From NCBI RefSeq assembly GCF_000011325.1, contig NC_003450.3, forward strand, positions 90,001-122,000: a DNA stretch of 32,000 bases. Direction: 5' to 3'. The notes beneath the pieces were generated by a model, which saw only the letters and a list, made by a program, of their open reading frames with translations, did no database searches and had not been told where the DNA came from. Each line of letters opens with the position of its first letter. The stretch's first letter is position 1. Positions 17,435 to 26,544 of this stretch are shown in pieces. This DNA is from Corynebacterium glutamicum ATCC 13032 (GTDB lineage Bacteria > Actinomycetota > Actinomycetes > Mycobacteriales > Mycobacteriaceae). Position numbers and translations under genes: made by a program.

Positions 17435-20400
17435 ATGACGTCGATGAATCTGCCTATTGAGTTGGCTACGCTGTCTGACCAGGCTGTGGACAAGGTGCGC
17501 TCCTGGCTGGAGTACAGCAAAAAGGAAAGCGTGCCCAATGCCGATGCGAAGCGTCTAGCTGCAGTGTTGCAGGATCCTAATGGTTTGGAATTCACGGTTG
17601 GTTTCGTGGATCGAGTGGTTCGAACTGAGGATCGTGAAGCGGCAGCGCATGCGTTGTATGAGTTGGGCAAGATTGCTCCGTCGACGATGTCCTTTTTGGA
17701 TCGGGCGCAGATTCAGGCCGGTTCTTTGGTGGGGCGGGCGTTGCCGCAGGTTGTGGTTCCTGCGGCGCGGGCTCGAATCCGGCAGATGGTTGGGCACATG
17801 ATTGTGGATGCCCGCGACAAGCAGTTCGCCAAGGCTGTCGCTGAGATTCAGTCGGATGGGCACCGCCTGAACATCAATTTGCTAGGTGAAGCGGTGTTGG
17901 GCCGAAAGGAGGCAGCGAAGCATTTGGATGACACGGTGCGGTTGTTGCGCCGTCCGGATGTGGAATATGTGTCCATCAAGGTCTCTTCGGTGGCATCGCA
18001 GATTTCGATGTGGGGTTTCGAAGACACCGTTAATTATGTTGTGGAACAGCTGACACCTTTATATATAGAGGCCGCGCGGGCGCCGAAAGGCACGAAGTTC
18101 ATCAACCTGGACATGGAGGAATACCGCGATCTGCGCCTGACTATGGAGGTGTTCAAGCGGCTGCTCTCCAATCCAGAGCTGCATGAACTAGAAGCCGGAA
18201 TTGTGTTGCAGGCGTACCTTCCCGATGCCCTCGGTGCAATCCAGGACTTGGCGCAGTTCGGCCGCGAGCGCGTCAACACAGGCGGGGCGGGCGTTAAGGT
18301 TCGCCTGGTCAAGGGTGCTAATTTGCCTATGGAGCACGTCCACGCGCAGATCACCGGCTGGCCAGTTGCCACAGAACCTTCCAAACAAGCCACCGATGCC
18401 AATTACAAGCGCGTCCTCTATTGGACGATGCGCAAAGAAAACATGGAGGGCCTGCGCCTGGGCGTTGCCGGCCACAACCTTTTCGACATAGCATTCGCAC
18501 ATTTGCTCTCTGTGGAGCGTGGGGTAGCGGACCGTGTGGAGTTCGAAATGCTGCAGGGCATGGCGTCCGATCAGGCGCGCGCCGTCAGCGTTGACGTCGG
18601 TGAGCTGCTGCTTTACGTACCAGCCGTGCGCCCACAAGAATTCGACGTGGCCATTTCTTACCTCGTGCGCCGCCTCGAGGAAAACGCCGCGAGCGAAAAC
18701 TTCATGTCCGCCATCTTCGACCTCGACGCCGACAACCCGTCCTTCAAGCGAGAGGAGAGCCGCTTCCGCGCCTCCATATCTGACCTCGCCACGCTCATCG
18801 ACGTGCCCGCGCCCGGCCCCAACCACACACAAGACCGCAGCAAAGAGACGCTTCTCGACGCCCCCCTCGTCCCATTTATCAACGAGCCCGACACCAACCC
18901 AGCGCTCATCCAAAACCAACAGTGGGCCACAAAAGCCGTCGCCACCGCAGCAGAGCCCGGTTGGTTGGAAAAACAAACAAAGCCGGAGGTGTTGGAAGAG
19001 GGGGACGTCGACAAGCTAATTAACGATGTGCGCGACGCTGCTGAAGCGTGGGCAGCGCGCCCAGCCCGTGAACGCGCTGAGATTTTGTACAAGACCGCCG
19101 AGATTTTGCGCGTGCGACGCGGACACCTGATCTCAGTGACGGCCGCGGAGGTGGGCAAAGCTGTGGAACAAACCGACCCGGAAATCTCTGAAGCCATTGA
19201 TTTCGCCCGCTACTACGCGCATTTGGCCCTGGAATTGGACGACGTAGACAATGCGGAATTCACCCCAGATCGCGTCGTTGTGGTGACCCCGCCCTGGAAT
19301 TTCCCCATCGCGATCCCCGCTGGATCGACTTTCGCAGCACTCGCGGCGGGCGCTGGCGTGATCCACAAACCCTCAAAGCCTAGCCAACATTGCTCCGCTG
19401 CAGTGGTCGAAGCCCTCTGGGAAGCCGGCGTTCCCCGCGAGGTTCTGCATTGCATTTACCCAGCTAATCGCGATGTTGGATGTGCGTTGATCAGCCATGA
19501 ACACGTCGACCGCGTCATTTTGACCGGCTCCTCCGAGACCGCCGCGATGTTCTCCTCCTGGCGACCAGAACTCACCATCAACGGCGAAACCTCCGGCAAA
19601 AACGCCATCGTGGTCACCCCATCTGCCGACCGCGACCTCGCCGTCGCCGACCTGGTGAAATCCGCCTTCGGCCATGCAGGACAAAAATGTTCCGCAGCCT
19701 CCCTCGGCATCTTGGTAGGCAGCGTCTACGAATCAGAACGCTTCCGGAAACAGCTGGTAGACGCCGCATCCTCACTCATCGTCGACTGGCCTACCAACCC
19801 CTCCGCAACCGTCGGACCACTCACCGAACTCCCCAGCGATAAACTCCACCACGCCCTAACCACCCTCGAAGAAGGAGAAAGCTGGCTGCTGAAACCCCGA
19901 CAACTCGACGACACCGGCCGACTCTGGTCACCCGGCATCAAAGAAGGCGTCAAACCAGGAACCTTCTTCCACCTCACAGAAGTATTCGGACCAGTCCTCG
20001 GCCTGATGAAAGCCACCGACCTCAATGAAGCCATCGAATTCCAAAACGGCAACGACTTCGGACTCACCGGCGGACTCCAATCCCTCGACGCCGACGAAGT
20101 CCGCACCTGGCTTGACCACGTCGATGTCGGAAACGCCTACGTCAACCGCGGCATCACCGGCGCCATTGTCCAACGCCAATCCTTCGGAGGCTGGAAAAAA
20201 TCCTCCGTCGGCCTCGGATCCAAAGCCGGAGGACCCAACTATGTCATGCTCATGGGAACCTGGGCCGACGCGCCAAGCCACCACGCCCCACGCGAAACAA
20301 ACCCGCTGATCAGCAAACTGGATCTCCCCGGAGAAGAGCTCGAATGGCTCGAAAAAGCCAACGCCAGCGATGAAACAGCATGGAACACGGAATTCGGCAG

Positions 20401-20893
20401 CCCACGCGACCCCTCCGGCCTCGATGTAGAAGCCAACATTTTCCGCTACCGACCAGCAGAGGTAGTACTCCGACTCGACGATTCCGCCACACCCCGAGAA
20501 ACTGCCCGCGCATTGTTGGCAGCCCGTCGCGCCGGGGTTACTCCGCGAGTTCTTCAAACACCAGGTGTTTCAGAGCAAGTCCGCGAAGTATTGTCCGCTG
20601 CTGGAGTGAGTGCAGAAACAGTCGATGATTCGGTATTTATTTCCAACGTGTTGCGCGGCGAATACGACGAGAACTCCAGCGTCCGAGTCCGCTACCTGGG
20701 CAAAGTTAGCGACACTGTCCGTGAACGCCTATCTGTACGGCCCGAAGTTGTTCTGCTTGACGATGCAGTAACTGCCTCCGGTCGAGTTGAATTACGTTAC
20801 TGGCTCAAAGAACAAGCAATTTCCATGACGTTGCACCGTTTTGGAAACCCAGTTGCGGCCTTCCACGAGTTGGCGGAGGAACTTAAACGTTGA
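17435..20893 (+). CDS. putA: Bifunctional proline dehydrogenase / 1-pyrroline-5-carboxylate dehydrogenase
   Basis: 1152 aa. The N-terminal PRODH barrel region is followed by an ALDH domain with ETSGKNAIVV, the catalytic GQKCSAAS and EVFGPVL. GAAGGAG RBS 8 nt upstream. Confidence 0.93.
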   Translation: MTSMNLPIELATLSDQAVDKVRSWLEYSKKESVPNADAKRLAAVLQDPNGLEFTVGFVDRVVRTEDREAAAHALYELGKIAPSTMSFLDRAQIQAGSLVGRALPQVVVPAARARIRQMVGHMIVDARDKQFAKAVAEIQSDGHRLNINLLGEAVLGRKEAAKHLDDTVRLLRRPDVEYVSIKVSSVASQISMWGFEDTVNYVVEQLTPLYIEAARAPKGTKFINLDMEEYRDLRLTMEVFKRLLSNPELHELEAGIVLQAYLPDALGAIQDLAQFGRERVNTGGAGVKVRLVKGANLPMEHVHAQITGWPVATEPSKQATDANYKRVLYWTMRKENMEGLRLGVAGHNLFDIAFAHLLSVERGVADRVEFEMLQGMASDQARAVSVDVGELLLYVPAVRPQEFDVAISYLVRRLEENAASENFMSAIFDLDADNPSFKREESRFRASISDLATLIDVPAPGPNHTQDRSKETLLDAPLVPFINEPDTNPALIQNQQWATKAVATAAEPGWLEKQTKPEVLEEGDVDKLINDVRDAAEAWAARPARERAEILYKTAEILRVRRGHLISVTAAEVGKAVEQTDPEISEAIDFARYYAHLALELDDVDNAEFTPDRVVVVTPPWNFPIAIPAGSTFAALAAGAGVIHKPSKPSQHCSAAVVEALWEAGVPREVLHCIYPANRDVGCALISHEHVDRVILTGSSETAAMFSSWRPELTINGETSGKNAIVVTPSADRDLAVADLVKSAFGHAGQKCSAASLGILVGSVYESERFRKQLVDAASSLIVDWPTNPSATVGPLTELPSDKLHHALTTLEEGESWLLKPRQLDDTGRLWSPGIKEGVKPGTFFHLTEVFGPVLGLMKATDLNEAIEFQNGNDFGLTGGLQSLDADEVRTWLDHVDVGNAYVNRGITGAIVQRQSFGGWKKSSVGLGSKAGGPNYVMLMGTWADAPSHHAPRETNPLISKLDLPGEELEWLEKANASDETAWNTEFGSPRDPSGLDVEANIFRYRPAEVVLRLDDSATPRETARALLAARRAGVTPRVLQTPGVSEQVREVLSAAGVSAETVDDSVFISNVLRGEYDENSSVRVRYLGKVSDTVRERLSVRPEVVLLDDAVTASGRVELRYWLKEQAISMTLHRFGNPVAAFHELAEELKR

Positions 20894-20907
20894 TCGTTTT
20901 GCGCATG

Positions 20908-20951
20908 GGTCGCTGCGTGCCGATTTAAGGGCTTCGTCAGTCGCAGCGACC
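20908..20951 (+). terminator. Hairpin after putA (10-bp perfect stem GGTCGCTGCG/CGCAGCGACC, 24-nt loop)
   Basis: Begins 15 nt after the putA stop. The large loop and absence of a clean U-tract keep confidence low. Confidence 0.3.
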
Positions 20952-21054
20952 TGTTGTCCTGATTTCAGTTCTGAAGGCTCTTAGAGGCGATTCTAGAAGG
21001 GGTCGAATTTGGGGCCATTGGGGCTGATGCGATTCCTGGCAGTTTGCAGGGCAA

Positions 21055-21171
21055 GGATCCACCACGTTTGAGCGGAAACCTCGGATCTGTGGTGGATTCG
21101 TGCAAGATTGGCCTCTGAACTTGCAAAAATCCACCACGTTTCGACTGATCAGAGCAATTTGTGGTGGATCC
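21055..21171. repeat. Two tandem ~45-bp hairpin units sharing ATCCACCAC-GTTT-N19-GTGGTGGAT arms, arranged as one 117-bp composite palindrome
   Basis: Unit 1: GGATCCACCAC (21055-65) / GTGGTGGATTC (21089-99). Unit 2: AAATCCACCAC (21127-37) / GTGGTGGATCC (21161-71). Both loops are 23 nt and start with GTTT. A central TGCAAG/CTTGCA inverted repeat lies at 21101-21124. Confidence 0.8.
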
Positions 21172-21230
21172 TAACCAATCTGGCAGTGGGGTCGGTGAAT
21201 TCATTATTGGCGGGCTTTTCAAAGGTCATA

Positions 21231-21256
21231 TGTCGATTTTGGGGCGAAAAATCGAC
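21231..21256. repeat. Third, degenerate hairpin related to the 21055-21171 units
   Basis: TGTCGATTTT-GGGGCG-AAAATCGACA gives a 10-bp perfect stem. Its right arm, AAAAATCGACACGTTTTC, resembles AAAAATCCACCACGTTTC of unit 2. Confidence 0.6.
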
Positions 21257-21373
21257 ACGTTTTCTCGATGTGTTTAAGACATCAACATATGGCTTGTGCT
21301 ACTGAAAGATTTTTCTTCTGAAATTCTGTAGAAACGCTCCTATGCTCGGGGCAGTAAGTTGTGAGCATAGGAA

Positions 21374-22321
21374 ATGGAGCACGGCGTGACCGTTATTAAA
21401 GGCACTGAATTTGATGTTTTCCCACTAAACCTCGGTGGAAATACCTTTGGCTGGACCTCGAATAGGGAACAGACCTTCGCGGTTTTGGATGCATTCGTGG
21501 CAGCGGGAGGAAACTTTGTTGACACCGCCGATTCTTATTCTGCATGGGTTGAAGGCAATGAGGGTGGCGAGTCGGAGCGGGAGCTCGGCGCGTGGATTAA
21601 GGAACGTGGCGCAGACAAGCTGATCATTGCTACCAAGTCTGGTGCGTTGGAGCCTGTTGCTGGTCGTTCCCGTGAGGCAACTTTCAAGGCTGTCGAGGGT
21701 TCCCTGGAGCGTTTGGGCGTGGAATCGATCGATATTTTTTACTACCACTACGACGATGAGGCAGTCAGCATTGATGAGCAGGTTGCTATCGCTAATGATC
21801 TGATTGCACAGGGCAAGATTAAGCACCTCGCATTGTCTAACTACAGCGCGGAGCGTTTAGCTGAGTTCTTTGAGAAGTCTGTAGGCACTCCAGCGCAGCC
21901 GGTTGCTCTGCAACCGCACTACAACCTGGTGTCGAGGAAGGATTATGAGGAGAACGTGCAGCCACTCGCCGAGAAGCATGGCGTTGCAGTCTTCCCTTAT
22001 TTCGCGCTTGCCGCGGGTCTTTTGACCGGAAAGTACACCTCCAAGGAGGATATTTCGGGTAAAGCGCGTGCGGGGCAGTTGGATCGTTACGCCAGCGATG
22101 AGGCGTTTGCCGTGGTGACAGAGTTGCGTGCTGTTGCCGATGAGTTGGGTGTTGCGCCAACGACTGTGGCGCTTGCGTGGTTGGTTGCGCATGGTGTGAC
22201 CGCACCGATTGCGTCCGTGTCCAAGGTAGAGCAGTTGAAGGATTTGATGGCTGTGAAGGATGTGGAGCTGAGCGCTGAGCAGCTTGCACGTTTGGATAAG
22301 GTTTCGGAGCCTTTCGCTTAA
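21374..22321 (+). CDS. Aldo/keto reductase family oxidoreductase
   Basis: 315 aa. LNLGGNTFGW, the FVDTADSY (Asp/Tyr catalytic region) and the overall AKR layout are present. An alternative GTG start at 21389 has a better-spaced GGAG. Confidence 0.88.
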   Translation: MEHGVTVIKGTEFDVFPLNLGGNTFGWTSNREQTFAVLDAFVAAGGNFVDTADSYSAWVEGNEGGESERELGAWIKERGADKLIIATKSGALEPVAGRSREATFKAVEGSLERLGVESIDIFYYHYDDEAVSIDEQVAIANDLIAQGKIKHLALSNYSAERLAEFFEKSVGTPAQPVALQPHYNLVSRKDYEENVQPLAEKHGVAVFPYFALAAGLLTGKYTSKEDISGKARAGQLDRYASDEAFAVVTELRAVADELGVAPTTVALAWLVAHGVTAPIASVSKVEQLKDLMAVKDVELSAEQLARLDKVSEPFA

Positions 22322-22469
22322 GCTCTCCTCAAAAGTAAGTGATGCAAGTCATAACATTTGCATTACGGTTGCCTTATTTACCGATATTTATTCGGTGAGT
22401 TACTTAGTCTGGCTGGCATCGCCGGAAAACCGGACCGAGGTTTTCCGCATGACTGCAAAGGTCTGAGAA

Positions 22470-24086
22470 ATGAGCTCAACAACCTCAAAAACCTCAGAAA
22501 GACAACAGCCAGACGCACCGACGAGCAAGCTCAGTAAATGGAGCGATAAATTTCTCAATGGTGTGGAAACACTTGGAAACAAGCTGCCCACACCATTTAC
22601 GCTTTTCTTGATACTTTTCCTGATCACGGCGCTGGCTTCATCGATCATGGCGTGGATGAACGTATCCGTGATTGTTCCAGGCTCTGATGAGGAACTATTT
22701 GTAAAAGGCCTGTTCACCGGTGAAGGCCTAACCTGGTTGACTACGAATCTCGGGGCAAACTACATCGGGTTCCCGCCGTTGCTCACCGTGTTGCCAATTC
22801 TGTTGGCAGTGGGTGTTGCTGAACGTTCCGGCATGTTGGCTGCGCTGATTAGGAAACTTTTTGGTTCGGCGAAAAAGATCGTTTTGCCATATGCAGTCGG
22901 TGTGATTGGCGTGACCGCGTCGATCATGGCGGACGCTGCCTTCGTGGTGGTGCCACCTTTGGCCGCGATGGTGTTTAAAGCTGCTGGTCGGCACCCTGTG
23001 GCTGGGCTATTGGGTTCGTTTGCAGCTGTGGGTGCAGGATATTCCACAGCGATTGTGCCCACCAGCCTTGATGCACTTTTTGCGGGAATTACCAACGCCG
23101 TGATGGAGACACTTCCAGGCATTGCGACAACTGAAGTCAATCCGGTTTCTAACTATTACTTCAATATTGCATCCTCGATTGTGTTGGGTCTGTTATGTGG
23201 TTTCCTCATTGATAAGGTGCTGGAACCTCGGATGTGGCGTCAGAAAATCGCTACGGAGTATGCAGAAAGCATTGAACCCACCAGCGCAGCAGATGATGAG
23301 GAAATCTCTGCAACCCTAACCGCACAGGAAAACCGCGCGCTGACAATTTCCATGTGGACCACCCTGGCGACGGCCATCATCGTGCTGGTTGTGGTGCTGA
23401 TTCCGGGATCCCCATGGAGAAATGAGGATGGTGGATTCTTGCCTACCTCGCCACTGCTGAGCTCTGTGGTGTTTATTGTATTTTTGTTTTTCATGGTGAT
23501 GGGCCTGGCCTACGGCATGGTGGTGGGCACGATCAAGAACATGGATGATGTCGTGAACATGATGGGCGAAGCAATCAAGGACATGATTGGTTTCTTGGTT
23601 TTGGCCTTCATTTTGGGACAGTTTGTGGCGCTGTTTAACTGGACGGGCATCGGTACCTGGACTGCTGTTCAGGGTGCTGCGGGATTGGAAGCGATCGGGC
23701 TTACCGGATTCCCTGCGATCATTGCATTTATTATTTTGGCGTCATGTTTGAACCTGCTGATTATTTCCGGCTCTGCGATGTGGACGCTGATGGCTGCGGT
23801 GTTCGTCCCGATGTTCGCTCTGCTTGGCTATGAACCATCATTCATTCAGGCAGCATTCCGCGTGGGTGACTCGGCAACTCAGGTGATCACACCGCTGAAT
23901 CCGTACATGATTGTGATCCTCGGTTTGCTCCGTCGATACGAACCGGATGCAGGTTTAGGCACCTTGATGTCAAGGCTTATCCCATTTGTGATCCCTTTCT
24001 GGCTAGCCTGGGCTACATTGTTGGCAATTTGGTTCTACGCCGATTTGCCGCTTGGACCTGGCTCTGCGATCTTCCTCGAAGGATAA
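22470..24086 (+). CDS. abgT: AbgT-family (p-aminobenzoyl-glutamate / dipeptide-type) transporter
   Basis: 538 aa polytopic membrane protein. The N-terminal LNGVETLGNKLPTPFTLFLILFLI region and overall length fit the AbgT/MtrF family. It is followed 6 nt later by an M20 hydrolase, as in abg loci. Confidence 0.8.
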   Translation: MSSTTSKTSERQQPDAPTSKLSKWSDKFLNGVETLGNKLPTPFTLFLILFLITALASSIMAWMNVSVIVPGSDEELFVKGLFTGEGLTWLTTNLGANYIGFPPLLTVLPILLAVGVAERSGMLAALIRKLFGSAKKIVLPYAVGVIGVTASIMADAAFVVVPPLAAMVFKAAGRHPVAGLLGSFAAVGAGYSTAIVPTSLDALFAGITNAVMETLPGIATTEVNPVSNYYFNIASSIVLGLLCGFLIDKVLEPRMWRQKIATEYAESIEPTSAADDEEISATLTAQENRALTISMWTTLATAIIVLVVVLIPGSPWRNEDGGFLPTSPLLSSVVFIVFLFFMVMGLAYGMVVGTIKNMDDVVNMMGEAIKDMIGFLVLAFILGQFVALFNWTGIGTWTAVQGAAGLEAIGLTGFPAIIAFIILASCLNLLIISGSAMWTLMAAVFVPMFALLGYEPSFIQAAFRVGDSATQVITPLNPYMIVILGLLRRYEPDAGLGTLMSRLIPFVIPFWLAWATLLAIWFYADLPLGPGSAIFLEG

Positions 24087-24092
24087 GTTTTC

Positions 24093-25481
24093 ATGAGTAC
24101 TGACAATTTTTCTCCACAAGTTCCGTCGACTGTGTATTTGGATTACATGGAGCAAGGGATTGCCGCGCGCAAAGCGGAGGCAGAATCTAACGCCAGCACG
24201 AAGGGGGAGAGCCCGGATTATCCAGGCCAGCAGGTTATTTGGCGCCTGATCCAGGAAGCAGGGGAGTCGTTGCGTGATGAACTGCGCACACTGGCTTTCA
24301 CGCTGCACGACCATCCGGAAGAAGCGTTCGAGGAGGTGTTCGCCACCGAGGAAATCACAAAACTTCTGCAAAATCATGGTTTTGAGGTTCAGAGTGGAGT
24401 TTATGGTGTTAAAACCGCTCTAGAAACTAGTTTTGAAACCCCTGGTTATGATCCAGCGCAGCACCCAAGCATTGCGATCTTGGCGGAATACGATGCCCTT
24501 CCAGAGATCGGCCATGCATGCGGGCACAATATCATCGCAGCAGCTGGTGTTGGCGCATTTTTAGCTGTCACCAACATGATCAAAACTGCCGAAGTGAAAG
24601 GCGTGGATCACCTCGACTTTGAAGGCCGGATCGTGCTGTTGGGAACACCTGCTGAGGAGGGGCATTCCGGCAAGGAATACATGATCCGAAATGGCGCATT
24701 CGATGGCATTGATGCGTCGATTATGATGCACCCCTTTGGCTTCGATCTGGCGGAGCATGTTTGGGTGGGCAGACGTACCATGACGGCGACGTTCCACGGT
24801 GTCTCTGCACACGCGTCTTCGCAGCCTTTCATGGGTAAAAATGCCCTCGACGCTGCAAGTTTGGCGTACCAGGGCTTCGGAGTTTTGCGTCAGCAAATGC
24901 CACCGAGCGACCGCCTTCACGCCATTATTACGGAAGGCGGAAACCGGCCAAGCATCATTCCAGACACTGCAACGATGTCGCTGTACGTGCGTTCTTTGTT
25001 GCCGGAAGCACTCAAAGACATATCGAAACGCGTGGATGATGTGCTCGATGGGGCGGCCTTGATGGCGGGGGTTGGCGTCGAAAAGCAATGGGATGTGCAC
25101 CCAGCTAGCTTGCCCGTGCGCAACAATCATGTGTTGGCGCGGCGTTGGGCAAAAACGCAGAATCTGCGTGGTCGAACGGCGCTTTCGGAGGGTATTTTGC
25201 CCGACACTCTGGCAGCATCGACTGATTTTGGCAATGTCTCGCACCTGGTTCCGGGCATTCATCCGATGGTGAAAATTTCTCCGGAAAACGTTGCGCTCCA
25301 CACCAAGGAATTCGCCGCTTATGCGCGCACGGAAGAGGCCATCGACGCAGCCGTCGACGCCGCAATCGGGCTGGCGCAAGTCGCCGTTGACGCGCTTGCA
25401 GATCCGCAAATGCTTATCGACGCGACCCTCGAGTTCACCAACTCCGGCGACGTACTTAAAGTAGGGGACTATTTGGCTTAG
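24093..25481 (+). CDS. abgB: M20D-family amidohydrolase (AbgB-like)
   Basis: 462 aa. Metal-binding HACGHN motif and GTPAEEG. Tightly linked to abgT. Confidence 0.8.
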   Translation: MSTDNFSPQVPSTVYLDYMEQGIAARKAEAESNASTKGESPDYPGQQVIWRLIQEAGESLRDELRTLAFTLHDHPEEAFEEVFATEEITKLLQNHGFEVQSGVYGVKTALETSFETPGYDPAQHPSIAILAEYDALPEIGHACGHNIIAAAGVGAFLAVTNMIKTAEVKGVDHLDFEGRIVLLGTPAEEGHSGKEYMIRNGAFDGIDASIMMHPFGFDLAEHVWVGRRTMTATFHGVSAHASSQPFMGKNALDAASLAYQGFGVLRQQMPPSDRLHAIITEGGNRPSIIPDTATMSLYVRSLLPEALKDISKRVDDVLDGAALMAGVGVEKQWDVHPASLPVRNNHVLARRWAKTQNLRGRTALSEGILPDTLAASTDFGNVSHLVPGIHPMVKISPENVALHTKEFAAYARTEEAIDAAVDAAIGLAQVAVDALADPQMLIDATLEFTNSGDVLKVGDYLA

Positions 25482-25577
25482 GCAACGACTCCGAAACCTT
25501 CAAGAACGTGTGGCACTAACAATTGCGGACTATCCTTGGGAACTGTTTTAGATTTTATTCAGGGTAGGGAGATTGTT

Positions 25578-25946
25578 GTGGATGAACGAAGCCGGTTTGC
25601 GCGCAGCGTTTTCCCGGACGGTGAAGAACCAGATCCACGTTTCACTTTGGCCAATGAGCGCACGTTTCTAGCATGGACGCGTACGTCTTTGGCGTTTCTT
25701 GCCGGTGGTATTGCTTTTGAGGCGTTCCAGATCAGTGGACTATCGGATACTGTCCGTACAACAATCGCGGTTTTTATCATTGCGGTTGGCATGATCATTG
25801 CCGCTGGTGCTGCGGTGAGGTGGATGAATGTGGAGCGTGCAATGCGTAAACAGAAGCCACTTCCCGTACCTGCGATTATTCCGTTTCTGTCTATTGCGGC
25901 TTTGGTGGCCTCTGCGGCTGTCTTGGTTCTGATTATTGTTCAGTAG
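25578..25946 (+). CDS. DUF202 (YidH-like) small membrane protein
   Basis: LANERTFLAWTRTSLAFLAGG signature plus three hydrophobic helices. The GTG at 25578 has an AGGGAG SD 6 nt upstream, so I prefer it to the TTG at 25536. Confidence 0.75.
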   Translation: MDERSRFARSVFPDGEEPDPRFTLANERTFLAWTRTSLAFLAGGIAFEAFQISGLSDTVRTTIAVFIIAVGMIIAAGAAVRWMNVERAMRKQKPLPVPAIIPFLSIAALVASAAVLVLIIVQ

Positions 25947-25948
25947 CT

Positions 25949-26266
25949 ATGCGCATTCATGAGGATCCAGGTTTGCAGCCTGAACGGACTGTGTTGGCAT
26001 GGAATCGTACGACGGTGTCCTTGGCTGTGTGTTCGGCAATTTTGCTGAGGTGGACTAATTTCTATGGGATTTTTGCACTGCTGCCGGTGGTGATTCTCAG
26101 CGGAATGGCGATTTTCATCTTGTTTACGCAGCGGGTTCGTTATGAACGTCAGGCTATCGGGCTTGCGGATAATAAATTGCCACCTAATATAGTTGGGGTT
26201 GTTTCTTTAACGGTGACACTTTTGGCGTTCGGGGCCGCTGGAATTGTATTCGTCTTCATTGATTAA
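25949..26266 (+). CDS. Second DUF202-family small membrane protein
   Basis: ERTVLAWNRTTVSLAV signature and three hydrophobic helices. The start lies 2 nt after the preceding stop. Confidence 0.75.
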   Translation: MRIHEDPGLQPERTVLAWNRTTVSLAVCSAILLRWTNFYGIFALLPVVILSGMAIFILFTQRVRYERQAIGLADNKLPPNIVGVVSLTVTLLAFGAAGIVFVFID

Positions 26267-26451
26267 AACGTTTGTGTTGCAAAGTAGTAACAGGTCTATA
26301 ACTTTTGTAATGAGGGGTTTCTTCTTTGCGATATTGATGCGATTATGGCAACTAACGCCCAAGGGATTGGGTTGGTAAGGCTTCTGGTTGGTGTCGCGAT
26401 TCTTGCTAGCGTATTGGATGAGCAATGAGCCCATTGTCCTCCAGTCAGAAG

Positions 26452-26496
26452 AAACCCCTCACCGGGTTACACCTAAACCCGGTGAGGGGTTTTTGC
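26452..26496. terminator. Strong bidirectional intrinsic terminator
   Basis: AACCCCTCACCGGGTT (26453-68) / AACCCGGTGAGGGGTT (26476-91) form a 16-bp perfect stem with a 7-nt loop. An A-run precedes it and a T-run follows. It sits 50 nt downstream of the minus-strand 684-aa ORF. Confidence 0.85.
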
Positions 26497-26544
26497 TGCG
26501 TCAGTTTGGGTCTAGTTTTAAGCCCTCAGCAGTCTATGAGCAGT

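Noticed and set aside
18188-20557. Numerous 60-260 aa ORFs on both strands inside putA (for example 18188..18976 -, 19928..20557 -)
   Set aside because: putA homology is continuous over 1152 aa in one frame. The alternative frames are low-complexity shadow ORFs.
21108-21305. 65-aa plus-strand ORF and two minus-strand ORFs (20937..21137, 20965..21222) in the putA/AKR spacer
   Set aside because: They have non-ATG or unsupported starts and no RBS. They run straight through the hairpin repeats, so their reading frames look incidental to the repeat structure.
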